48,426 nucleotides of DNA from Catajapyx aquilonaris (lineage: Eukaryota): positions 1 to 48,426 of the forward strand of contig JYFJ02002956.1 in the NCBI GenBank assembly GCA_000934665.2, written 5' to 3'. Below, piece by piece: positions 12,541-23,833 of this stretch (position 1 is its first letter; each line of letters begins with the position of its first letter). The translations under genes were made by a program, and so were the position numbers. The notes beneath the pieces were generated by a model. That model saw only the letters and a program-made list of their open reading frames with translations, searched no databases and had not been told where the DNA came from.

Positions 12541-15500
12541 CTTGAGCTCCTGTTCCCTTCTGTAAGCATCTAGCATAAGACTCTTCTGCTGCTCCGGCGT
12601 CATGAGTGGTTCTCTAGCAGGTGCTCCGAGACCCCGCTTCTGCAGCTTGGCTACTATCTTGGTCTTCTCATTGCGACCCACAAACTCGTGAAGCGGTTTC
12701 TCACGCTGCATTTCCTTCCCGGAGAACCACAGCTGTGCCATTGGCTCCTCTATCACCTAAAGCGAGGAATAAGTGGTACAGTGTGAATTAATATGTAGCA
12801 ACCAACTTCCGAGAAAGAGAGGCAGGATGGACCAATAGTTCACCACTGCTTTTACAAAATGCCCACGGCAAGAGTGTCATCTTTGAACTCCGCAATAATA
12901 TTACTCAAGGTGGAACAGTTGGATAGGGTTTAATTTAGGAGGAATAAGGGTTGGGGACAGGGGTATTCCTACAGAAAAAACTAATGGCAAAGACCATGGG
13001 CATTTTCATTATTAATTTTGAAAAACACTATGACGCATTGTTTACGAACTGACATTGCCCTGTGCATTTCAATATTGATAATGGCATTTTTATTACAACA
13101 CATTGCCACTTTGGCTGATGCAAACACATTTCACTAATTATATGAAAAAATTTTAATTTAAAAGACAGTGCCTCTTAAAGTTATTGGTCCTGGTCTTCAG
13201 GGAAACTGAACCATTTCCACTCACCTCAAGCGAAGCCTGCGTCCCGCTCAGATCCTCTTTGTTTTCAAATTCCATCCGGATGGGGTCATGCGGTGGAAGG
13301 TTCATAGGATAGACTATCATTGTGGCACCCCGCAGCATGTCCAGGGCATCTCCTACCATTTTCATGGTTACACATACCCCAGCCAGCACCTGCTTCTTCG
13401 ATATCATGTCCTTGGCCTCGCTCATTGTTTTGTTGAGCACAGTCTGCATCTGTGGGTTGGGCTGCTTGCCATTCCGCCTCCCAATAGGGTCAGCGTTCAT
13501 CTGGAAGCCACCAGTTGGGATGCAGCGTATACCCCAGTCATCCACCAGGTGCAGTTCCTCAACCTGCTCATCTGTCAGGCCAAGCATATTTGGTGGGAGG
13601 TACGTGCCATGCTTTGACAGCTCCTCTATTTCTGTGAATTCAATAAAAAAATAGTTCTTTATCCTCCTGTACTATACCAGCTGTACTGGCCTTGTCACAT
13701 GTCACCGCAGTCGTATGATTTTCACAATCGGGGCTCGCAGGGAGGGATGGACAATGAATGGTACATGGAATGGACAGGATGGGACACCAAATGACGGGAG
13801 GGGAGAGGTGGTTGATAATAATGACTCCAGCACTATCTTCTCTCCAAGTCCACTACAACTGTGACACAACCAACACAACAACTCAGGGGCTGAGCAGAAC
13901 CAGCCTGTGGAGCTCCCGCACCCCCAACACAAGCTTCAACCTCTTTGTTCAAACTCCAAAACCTGACTGACTCTGCCCTTCGCAAAGAATCCCTCCATAA
14001 ATGCCCACACCCAGAAAAAAGGGTCCCCTGAACCCACTGGACCCAATCCCAGCAACCCTCCCTGCCATAAACACTGGGTCCTTTTGTTCCACTCCCCATA
14101 ACTGAACCCCTGGAGATGAGAAAGAAAGGGACTTTCAAGAATTTGGGTTTTACAACAAGGAAGGAGAGCAACCCAGGGCACTACAAATACAGGGTGTTCC
14201 AAGTGCTACATGTTAGTACTTTCAGTTACAGGAAATCTGCAAGCCAAAGCATACACATGCTGCATATTTTCCCAATCACTCGCCTAAAAGTTTTGTTTGC
14301 CAATGAATCATTTAGGCAGGAGGGTTGATTAGCTATCATACATTAATGAAGCTAATTTCACATTAGATGCTTGATGATTGATTACACTGGCCGACAAAAA
14401 AAAACAAACAAAATCTGCTGCATGAGATTTTTCAACTGATTCTAAGTGTTTTTTCAACGCTGATTTCAAATCTGAAATCGGTTTTCCTCTCCAAGCTCTA
14501 GTTTTCATGCAATTTGAAACGTCGTGATTTTCGCAATAAAAGCTATTTACATTACGGTTAGCTTGAGAATTAGGCTTAACTATCGTCTATCATAACCTTA
14601 GCCCTTTCATGTCAAATGTTTTAAATGCGCCAAACCAACCTCGCTGTATAGAGCTTCGCGCCATCTTCCCAAAAGGGCCACTATTGCCTTTACGCGGGCA
14701 TAGGTACAGCATAGGCAAAGGAACGAACCGCAGTTCTAAATCTGGAGCTTACAGAGAAATACTAACATCAGATTTGGATTCAGCACCCTCGAATTAGGTA
14801 AGAACAAGTGCTGGCATCAATGCCGCAAAAAATTTGTTGGCCTGTGTAATAAATAATTTATTTCAAGCAAATTACGAAGATTTCAGCAAATTCGTCTGGC
14901 ACTATTCTCAAGGTTGTTATTCTGTATACTTTAACATATTTCATAATTAAATCAGCGTGTAGTTGGCCGGAAGTACTTGAATTTCGAGTTTCACAGCAAT
15001 CTTTTTGGAAATTAATTTAAGAACTTCTCGATGAGGAAAATGGTTACAAACACATTCATAGCATTTTACATGGATGTGTAAGTATATAGTTGTTATTTTG
15101 TGCAAAATATCTTGACCGTACCTTCAGAGTACGTGAAAGTGAAAAACTACGCAATGGTGGTGGGTATAGCTGGGGGCGAAGGGGTTAAATGGCTGCACGC
15201 ATATAAATTTTTCATAAGGAAAAAGGGAAAAATAATATGATTGTATGCAAATTCGATCACTATTTTTTTTTGGAGAGGGAATCACTAGAAAGATATCACC
15301 AATTATATTGATGCCACATGACTGCTTTACATAGATTTTTCTTGTACATACCAGTTTTACTCATACATTTATGTATACTGTATAATAGTCACTTATCATG
15401 ACTGTAATAAACCAAAGACATGGCAAGCTACCATTGATAATGGTCATGATAATTGTGATTTTGAATCAAATCACCAATATAACTATTATTAATCTCACTA

Positions 15501-18500
15501 TTCCATTTATGTTTCTGGTTTGGCTGGTAAATTAAGAAGAAAAGTAGTTAAAAATAATATAAGAAAAGGCCATAAAGCAGCATGTTCTGTATTATTTGTA
15601 AACAAGCCACCAAAGATGAAAAGTGTGTGTCCTCGGCTCGAAAGGTGCAGTGCTAGCAAACAATGCTAGCAAATTGCACAACAGTAAAGGCCATTTCACA
15701 AAAAGATTTTGCGGCAGCGGCAAGCGGCAAACTCGTGCCCCGCCAATTGTTATTAATTATTGGCAATAATAAATATAAATAAGAAATATGCCGCAACGCG
15801 CGCCGTTTGCCGCGCAACATTTTTTTGTGAAATGGCCTTAACCCTGTTGTACAATCGGCAATGAAAGTGCACAAGGTATGTCGGATGACCTTTATAGACA
15901 AGAAACTGATTGCCAGAGGTAATAAAAAAGAACAGTGCAAATCAGGAGAAGAACCTGGTCCAAGTAGGAAACAATTTCAATCACGTGGTGGGGTCATGCA
16001 TTATAACATTAGAAGTGACTGTTTGTTTTATGGGGAATATGTAAATTTTGGTTACGAAAGAACTCAAAAAGCAGAACGTGTAAAACTCAGGACACTATCA
16101 TTCGTTTTCGAAGCCTATTTTTTTATACGAGGGGTGTCCAGAAATTAAGGTAAAACTTTTCTTTATCTTGGTCTTCTGCTGTATTTTCCTAATGACATGT
16201 TCGCAGCAGATTGTGCTTACCACAATTCTTGTAGCACAAACTTTCATATAGGCAAATCCATCCACATTAGTACAAAGAACAAGTACAACCAGAAAATAAG
16301 TTAAATGGACGTCGACCTGAGAACATACCTTCTACAAAATATTATAGGGATCGTATTTGCTTTGAACTTTATTATCTTTCAGTTTGTCCAACAGTGGAAA
16401 ATTACATAACTACAGCAATTTATGAGATAAATCTGGAAAAACCTATTTTTCAAGATGGCAGCAGTTCCTCTACCACTAACTTTTGATATGTTATTCTGCA
16501 CATTTTTAAAAAAACCACAATGTTGTGTTTTTTTTGTTTTTTTAAATGTGCAGATTGACATCAAAAGTTAGTCAAAGCCCAAACCCTAGGAAAACTGCAA
16601 TAGAAATAATTTCTTCACTGCTCAGTGAAAAAATCATTTCTATTGCAGTTTTCCTGTGGTTTTGGCAATTTTTTATTTATCGCTCCTGGACCACGTGGTG
16701 ATCTCTCAACTGTAAATTTCGTAATACCAGTCACCTCAATTGACACCAAAACTACACGAATGCCATTGGATTAAAATCTTCATGTTGTAGTACATCAAAA
16801 GAATGCCTGATTCATGAACTGTCACGAAATAACAATAAATACAACCCCGATTATCCGTCCCTCACGGCACTGGGGCATTGTCGTATAACAGCAAATGTCG
16901 AATAATCCCAGGAGCAAAGGAAAACACAAAGAAAAACATAAAAAATTATGGAATAATGTACAACATTACACTTTTATAAAAAATGCTGAAGTATTAGGGC
17001 AGTGCCCCCGCCAAGTTCTCGCCGCACTGCCAGACCACCTTTACCCGACACAACTCACGTCATTTTGACCCCCTCGAATCTTCGCACTGGTGAACATTCA
17101 AAAATTTTATTTGGGTAGATAAAAATTTGTTAAAAATAATACCCCCTTACTTCCATGTTTATATCCCTTTTCATTTCCGACTAAAAAAATCATAAAAACT
17201 CCCAAAACGGCCAAAATATGACACTCACTCACTGACTGACTGATCATCAAAATTATACGGCACTTCCAGTGGTCCTAGGATGCTGAAATTTGGTATGCTG
17301 GTAGAGTTTATCAAACAAACATCAGAATAAATCTGAAAACGGCACTTTTTTGAGTCTAAATGCTTAAAAAAAATATTATTTTCACGAAGTCTGCTTTACT
17401 GGAATTTCTCTTGCTGTAACTTGGCCATTGCTCATGTCCGAGGTATTGTTGAATTCTACAACTGTTTCAATGTTTTACGAGCAATGGCCAAGTTACAGCA
17501 AGAGAAATTCCATTAAAATCTTTCGATGATTAAACTTAAGGTCGACCTGGAAAAACAAAGTTAGTGGTTTAGGTTGAAGAAGTTGAGAATGCCAGTAATT
17601 GACAAAGACGTTGAACTTGGCCTTATTTCAGATCTCACCACTTTTGACGGCCAAGCAGTCAGGAGAACTTGGCCTTTTTTTACAGAAAGGTTTTTGGTGG
17701 GATTTATCTTTTACATACACACGCTACTGTTTAAAATTTAACTAAGGCAACACAAAACAAATTATTAGTAGGCCTGCATTACAGTATTTGATGAGAAAAC
17801 ATACATTTATTGCTGCAGCCGGATGATCGGATAATCTGGGGTCTGATAAAAGGTGTTCTACTGTACTGACATCAATGAGCAAGTTTGTAAGAATTTTTCT
17901 TTTAAAGTCGCCACATGTGGATGGCCAAGTACTATTTCCCAATGATCAACCGCATATTTGTCTATCCAGAAATAATTTTATAACTCCAATATTTTTAAAA
18001 GCTTTAAACTTGGTAAAACTTTCATGCGGTTAATCTTTTTACTTGCTAATTGACATATGCATTTGCTGTTACCTAGTTAGAAATTGTCGATCACCTTTAA
18101 TATTGCCAGCATACAAAAGAAATCCACTCGGTCTGCAACAATATGTTATGTTACTTTTTTAATGCAATTAAGGGCCGTGTTGCACCGGCTCCCAAAAAAT
18201 TTGTCTGGTCATTGTTGTCAACAATTCCGTCAACAATGAATAACAAACTATCCTGGCTCTTCTTTGGCCAGACGGATTTTTCGGTGCAACACGGCCAATG
18301 AATTTGTGCATTTATGGTGCCAGTTGTGGTGACTATATTCTTGTTGAAGCATATGGTAGGTAATCATAAAATCTCTTCACCATAGCCGATGCGGGTAACC
18401 TTCAGCCTTCCGTTGTAGATGGCCGTCACCTCTTTTACAATGGCATCGACAGAGGTGGATGCTGCAGCCTCATACAGAAACTGGCTCTCATCCCCTTTCT

Positions 18501-18519
18501 TCACATGAATCAGCACCAT
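12541..18519 (-). CDS. CFAP298: Cilia- and flagella-associated protein 298 (C21orf59/kurly/CG18675 ortholog), 3'-partial; coding exons 18519-18381, 13631-13225, 12756-12541
   Basis: Spliced translation MVLIHVKKGDESQFLYE...IYNGRLKV..EIEELSKHGTYLPPNMLGLTDEQVEEL...DPIGRRNG...LRGATMIVYPMNLPPHDPIRMEFENKEDLSGTQASLEV...LWFSGKEM...GRNEKTKIVAKL...APAREP...RREQELK; all GT-AG and in phase. Expected final exon (acidic DDD..YLNS.WAD segment) not found in window. Probable 5' non-coding exon ending at 18852 (intron 18851-18529). Confidence 0.92.
14385..14846. mobile_element. Tc1/mariner-type MITE with TA target duplication
   Basis: TA|CACTGGCCGACAAA ... TTTGTTGGCCTGTG|TA termini (2 mismatches); internal inverted segments gctgatttcaaatctga / tcagatttggattcagc. 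Confidence 0.7.
15688..15838. mobile_element. PIF/Harbinger (Tourist-like) MITE with TAA target duplication
   Basis: TAA|AGGCCATTTCACAAAAA ... TTTTTGTGAAATGGCCT|TAA; internal gcggca/tgccgc symmetry. Confidence 0.8.
16126..16160 (+). mobile_element. Solo mariner-like terminal repeat fragment
   Basis: TACGAGGGGTGTCCAGAAATT resembles typical mariner TIR starts; partner end not found. Confidence 0.35.
16577..16666. repeat. Near-perfect palindrome/hairpin (~45-bp arms, minimal loop)
   Basis: aggaaaactgcaatagaaataatttcttcactg-ct-cagtgaaaaaatcatttctattgcagttttcct, extending with mismatches to gcccaaacc/ggttttggc. Confidence 0.85.
16840..17865. mobile_element. Degenerate pogo/Tigger-like non-autonomous element interrupted by other repeats
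   Basis: Left tacaaccccgattatccg; right cggataatctggggtctgataaaaggtgttctactg|TA, typical TACAGTAGAAC..TTATCCG ends. Confidence 0.45.
17040..17512 (+). mobile_element. Helentron/DINE-1 (HINE)-like element with microsatellite and 34-bp perfect inverted repeat
   Basis: (cact)n(gact)n microsatellite at ~17222-17242 followed by ctaggatgctgaaatttggtatg; inverted repeat 17400-17433 / 17479-17512. Confidence 0.5.
18173..18296. mobile_element. Short PIF/Harbinger-like MITE
   Basis: 15-bp perfect TIR GGCCGTGTTGCACCG ... CGGTGCAACACGGCC, preceded by TTAAG; right target site degenerate. Confidence 0.65.
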
Positions 18520-18851
18520 CTTTGCTCTCTGTGGAAATAAATGCTCGAGTCAGATGCCGCAGCTAACTACGCAACTTTTGTTCCGTCACAGCGTGGAACT
18601 CTCAGTGTGCTTCTTTCGCTTACGAGACAACTTTTTAAGCAATTAAACTATGAAAAAAGGCTTCATCGTGCTTGTTTACATTTTTCTATAACACTACAAA
18701 ACCTTCGATCAAACTTTTTCAGGTGCACTTACAATAAACACCTGTTTTTTTTTTTACAATGCCCATCGACATTTTCAAAGCCTACAAGTATTACACCATG
18801 TCTTAGCCCATTTGTACGGGTTGTTCGAGCTGTGGCCAGTCCCCACCTTAC

Positions 18852-19125
18852 CGGCTAAAATTCGCAAAAAAGTCGACAAAATTCGCACGTCGAAAACCTC
18901 TCGGAACGTCGAACTCAGTTGTAAACAACCGTAGCCAACAAACCAGTTTGGAAAAATGCATAATCTAATTACACTCTCACAATCTAATTTTATTTATATA
19001 TTGAAATATTTGTACAACACTAATTGGTGGTATTAATTGTAAATTTAATTACTACTTTTTATTACTATGAAGTGTATGTGTTGGCGGCACTGGTTTTGGG
19101 CGCCATATTGGATTTGCTCCTGGAA
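18852..19125. promoter_or_regulatory. Compact bidirectional promoter region shared by CFAP298 (-) and CDK5RAP1 (+)
   Basis: Divergent genes; CFAP298 5'UTR donor at 18851 and CDK5RAP1 ATG at 19126 are ~275 bp apart with an AT-rich core; forkhead-type GTAAACA near 18921. Confidence 0.6.
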
Positions 19126-22100
19126 ATGTTCGCAGCACATGTTCGATTGTTGCGAAGACAATACGCGACATGGCTGCGGTGTCCGTACTGCACCGTTGCT
19201 GCCAAAATATCCAGGCTGAGAGAAGGACCTGGCCTGGAACACTTCATACACAAGAGCCAGCCTGGAATTAATGTTGGGGGGACCGATGTGCCTTACTTGG
19301 CTGCGGAGAGTGTTGCAGGGCAAGATAGGAAAGGTATGTAGAGGCAAGTACTTAGGCTGTTTTAACTGTGTCTACATTTTCTATCCGCAGTGTACTTTGA
19401 TGTGTATGGATGCCAGATGAATGTGAGCGATGCGGAGATTGCTTGGTCCATTCTGAAGTCGTGTGGGTATGACCGGACCGAGGATGTGCACAAGGCTGAT
19501 GTGGTGCTGGTGGTGACATGTTCTATCCGAGAGGGAGCAGAACAGAAGGTCTGGAATAGGCTGCAGAACTTGAAGGGGCTCAAGAAGAAGCGAACACTCA
19601 CTAGAAGCAGGCCTCCCCTCAAGATTGGAATCCTTGGTAAAATGATAGCTGAATGTGTATGGAAAGCTAATCCATTCTACTTCTGCAGGTGTAGTTATAC
19701 AGTGAATCTCGCACACAACAGAAACTCATCTACTCTGGGGTCATATGGATGTTTTCAGTAGTTAGGACTCTCCTATACAGTATGGGAACTTGTACGTTAG
19801 ACAAAAAATATAATGGAAACGTTCACTTCTGCTATATGCAGGTTTCACTGTGCTCATCTATGCCTAACTCCTAACATTCAATTTTGTCGTTATGTGTGCA
19901 GATTTGAAACAGTTTATGACATGTGGTCTATAATTTAGGTTGTATGGCGGAGCGTCTGAAGCACCGTTGGCTGGAGAAAGAGTCAGCTGTTGACCTGGTT
20001 GCTGGGCCAGATAGCTACCGAGACCTGCCAAGGCTGTTGTCACTAACTGACAGCAGGGAAGCTGTCAATGTTCAACTGTCACTGGATGAGACCTATGCAG
20101 ATGTGGCCCCTGTTAGGCTGGAGTCTTCTCTCTCTGCATATGTGTAATGCATTTTTTAAATGTCCAGAGTTATTTGAGGTCAGATTCAGTCAAGTGCACA
20201 CTTCAAAATGTGTTCACAGTGTGAAATATATCGAGTCGGCATTGACAGAGCGTGAAATCGCATCTCAATCATTCTTCAAGCAGTTTGCTGCTCTGTGGCT
20301 TTCCTTGCACTGCTGTCTAATTTTAACTTGTGTTTATGTTACATCAAGACATTCGTCACTGCCATGAGAAGTATTTCACAAGTTGCATAATTCTCTGGGA
20401 AGTTATTCCCCATTCAGATGAGATGTAAATTATGCAACTCCTTCTGCGGTTCATGTTTTGGAATGTCATTCAGGTCGGCAATATCACGGTAATTCATAAA
20501 TAATTTTTAGGCGTTACTTTATAGGAAGTAAAAAAAAAAAGTTCCTAGGCACGATTTTCAAGCAATTGGCAACAATATTTGGCATGTAGGAAGCTACAGC
20601 CTGCAGCTTACTTCCTAATGGTGCCAACTCAATTTGTCTAGTTAAAAATACGTGAGCACCTAGGTTCTGGTAATGACATTCTGCATGTTCCTAGGAAGTA
20701 TATCCTGTAAGTTGTTTGTTATCATTAAACAATCGTTTAAAGCCAATCGTAGAGGTCAACTCGTAGGCACGTTTGCTCCCACATGGACCGATGCATCGCC
20801 CTTAACTTATCAAAAATTCAGGCCACGTACAGTGCCTGAACATTATCTCGCTGTAACATGGGTGACCCGTAACTGTCCAATCTAATCACATTGTGTTTAT
20901 TATTGTGGATTTTGGATTGTGTGCTTACTTGTCTGTTATGCAGCTCCCCTGTTACTCCATCAGCCGATGTAACCAGAAATAGCCCCAGTGAGCAATAAGC
21001 AATAAGCGTACTCTATCAAGGAATTTGCACTTGATCTATTTCTGCATGCCCTTCTTTTTTTAAGTTGAATCAGAGCATCCAAATTCAAGGACAAATACGT
21101 CGGAAAGTATTACAGCAAAACTCAAATGGTGTGGTAGGATGACTTCACCAATGTTGTTGTTTGTGAAAACTATGTCAAATACTGGCCTGCATTTTCCATA
21201 TCCTTTCACTCAATTTCAGTCAGATCACTGTCACACTCTATTTAATCATAGAATTTTCTAATACCTTCTATGTAGAATTTGAGCAGTTTGCTTCAGCTGA
21301 TTGAAAATTTGCAACTCTGAAATTAACATGTATTTCTGATTACAGGTCCATAATGCGTGGCTGTGACAACATGTGTACATACTGCATCGTCCCATTTGTA
21401 CGTGGCCGTGAGAGGTCCAGACCTGCTGATTCCATAGTGGAAGAAGTCAGGCGCTTATCAGGGGAGGGCATAAAGGAAATCACACTTTTGGGCCAGAATG
21501 TCAACAGCTATCGGGACACTTCAACATCACATCCTGTCACTGAAACGCACCTCTCGTCACCTGCTTTCAAGACTGTTTACAAGCCGAAGCATGGGGGTCT
21601 GCGGTTTGCGTCTCTCTTAGAACGAGTCTCGGAAGCAGCACCTGAGACACGGATTCGTTTCACATCACCTCACCCAAAAGACTTTCCACCAGAAGTGTTG
21701 CAAGTGATGTCTGATGCACCCAACATATGCAAACAGATACATTTACCAGCTCAGAGTGGAGACGATCGCATTCTGGCGGCTATGCGGCGAGGTTACACCC
21801 GCGATGCATATCTCGAGTTGGTGCGGAAGATACGAGAAGTTATTCCCGGTGTGTCCCTTTCAAGTGATTTCATATGTGGATTTTGCAGCGAGACTGAACT
21901 TGAGTTTGAGAAGACTCTGTGTCTAATCGAGGAAGTTGGCTACAACACTGCATTTTTGTTCGCATACAGCATGAGGGAGAAGACTCAGGCTTACCACAGG
22001 TTGAAGGATGATGTACCAGAGGAGGAGAAGAGGAGAAGATTAGACGACATGATTCGTGTCTTCAGAGAAAAAGCGGAGATGGTCAACCGGGAACTTGTAG

Positions 22101-23028
22101 GCTCAGAACAGGTGGTTTTGGTGGAAGGGGTAAGGATTTTTGTAGCGTATCTAAAGGTCATTAATTGGAATTTCATGATTTGTTTGCTAATAGCGTATCA
22201 AGTTGTGTTATTCAATTGCTATAGCATACAGCGTTGATATTAATAGAAAAATTGATAAATCATGTGTAAATAGAGCAGGACTTTGTTCCCAATGTACAAC
22301 AAACTTTTCAGCAAACATGCAGCTTCTCTGATTGCTTGAAGCCTCTTGAGTGATCTTGTCAACAAATATAGAGTAAAAACTGTTAACAGAGCCTTGAAAG
22401 AGGGATTGTAAATACAGTGTCAATATTGTTGCTATGAACTGTGGAACCATCGTATCGTAAAAATATATCATTTTGTAACATGGGAGATGTGAAGCAGACT
22501 ATTACGTCAGTGTATAATAATGTCCTTCCATTTTGTGACCATGTTTGAATTAGTATTGTGAAGGACAAAGGTAAAATCTCATTGATTACCAATAGCGTTG
22601 AGAAAAGATCACTTGTTTTTCATGTCTACACGAGATTGATGCTTCCGAGAAGAAAAAAACCCCGAATGCTTATCATATACTTTTCCACGGCTATGTAATG
22701 ACTCTTCTCAGATAATAATTTTATGCTCGAGACTAGAATACGTTACATAATTTTGTTCTTAATTCCAGGAAAGTAAGCGATCTAGTCACGACCTTCAGGG
22801 TAGGAATGATGGCAATGTCAAGGTGATATTTCCGAAGTTAGAAGTGCCAACTGGGAAAGTCAATCCAGGGGACTACGTTGCAGTTAAAGTGAGTGTGACC
22901 ATTAAAAACCCTGGCTTTCTTAATCTTAATCCCCATGTTATCATATTTTACAGATAACTGATGCCAATTCACAAGTTCTGAAAGGCCATGCGATGTGTCA
23001 TACTACACTGCAAGGATCAAGCGTGTGA
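19126..23028 (+). CDS. CDK5RAP1: Mitochondrial tRNA methylthiotransferase CDK5RAP1 (MiaB family radical SAM); exons 19126-19333, 19391-19636, 19939-20143, 21346-22129, 22769-22888, 22954-23028
   Basis: UPF0004 motifs [22 protein letters not shown]; radical SAM CxxxCxxC ([14 protein letters not shown]); [39 protein letters not shown] domain [11 protein letters not shown]; Arg-rich N-terminal transit-like peptide; all introns GT-AG in phase; AATAAA at ~23038. Confidence 0.95.
19700..19850. mobile_element. pogo/Tigger-like MITE in CDK5RAP1 intron 2
   Basis: TA|CAGTGAATCTCGCA ... TGCAGGTTTCACTG imperfect TIRs. Confidence 0.55.
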
Positions 23029-23833
23029 TCATGTACTAATAAAATGATTGTTACATTATGCACGCTGTATAACTGTAATGGGACCAGACATTTCTGACCT
23101 GCACGTCCCCCAAGTTAATCAGTCGGGGATATTCTCGGGCTATAAGTCCGTATTTGTCACACCCAATCGTGCCATTATGCCCTCGCAATGGTAAACAACC
23201 GAACGAGCGGTCAATATCCTCCACAAAACCAACTGATAATTATTGCGATGCCAATTACCGCATCCCGGTTTGTACCAGATCCGCTATTAAAATCGGGCTC
23301 GGCCCACCCAAACATTGACTCAAATGACACTTCGCAATAATTGGTAGTTGACATTTAGCCCCAGTCCGGCTATTTGTGCTAAGATGATCCCTCATGCAAT
23401 GTGGTTCCCAAGATAATTTTCTGATTCACGGACCCCCGCAGTGTCCATGTGCGTACTGTACTTTATCCTATATCACATTGACATCACCTGTCCGGTTTCG
23501 TCCGCTTTACAATTACGCGTCCGCATCTTATGTATACTAATGTGACCATGAATCTTTTAGCTATGAAGCAATGTAATTTGAATCCTGCGCAAACGCCTAC
23601 CCAGATATCCTATTGAATCTAGCGCGTCGGCGTCGAGTTTATAAGCAAAAAAAGAGGGGGTAGTATGTGGGAGGGTAGAGGGGGGAGAGTGGGCGTGGTG
23701 ACGGCAGATTGTGAAGCATAAAAGGACTGTGAGCCAAACCCGGCTTCTCAGACGATAAAGCCAGCAGGCAGAACGCGTGCCGTCCTAAAAAAAAGTGTCA
23801 CCAAAAGTGTGCACCACAGCCCCCCGAAAAAAA

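Noticed and set aside
19126..23028. MiaB-like gene as a horizontal transfer from bacteria
   Set aside because: Has spliceosomal introns and a transit-like peptide; it is the standard eukaryotic CDK5RAP1.
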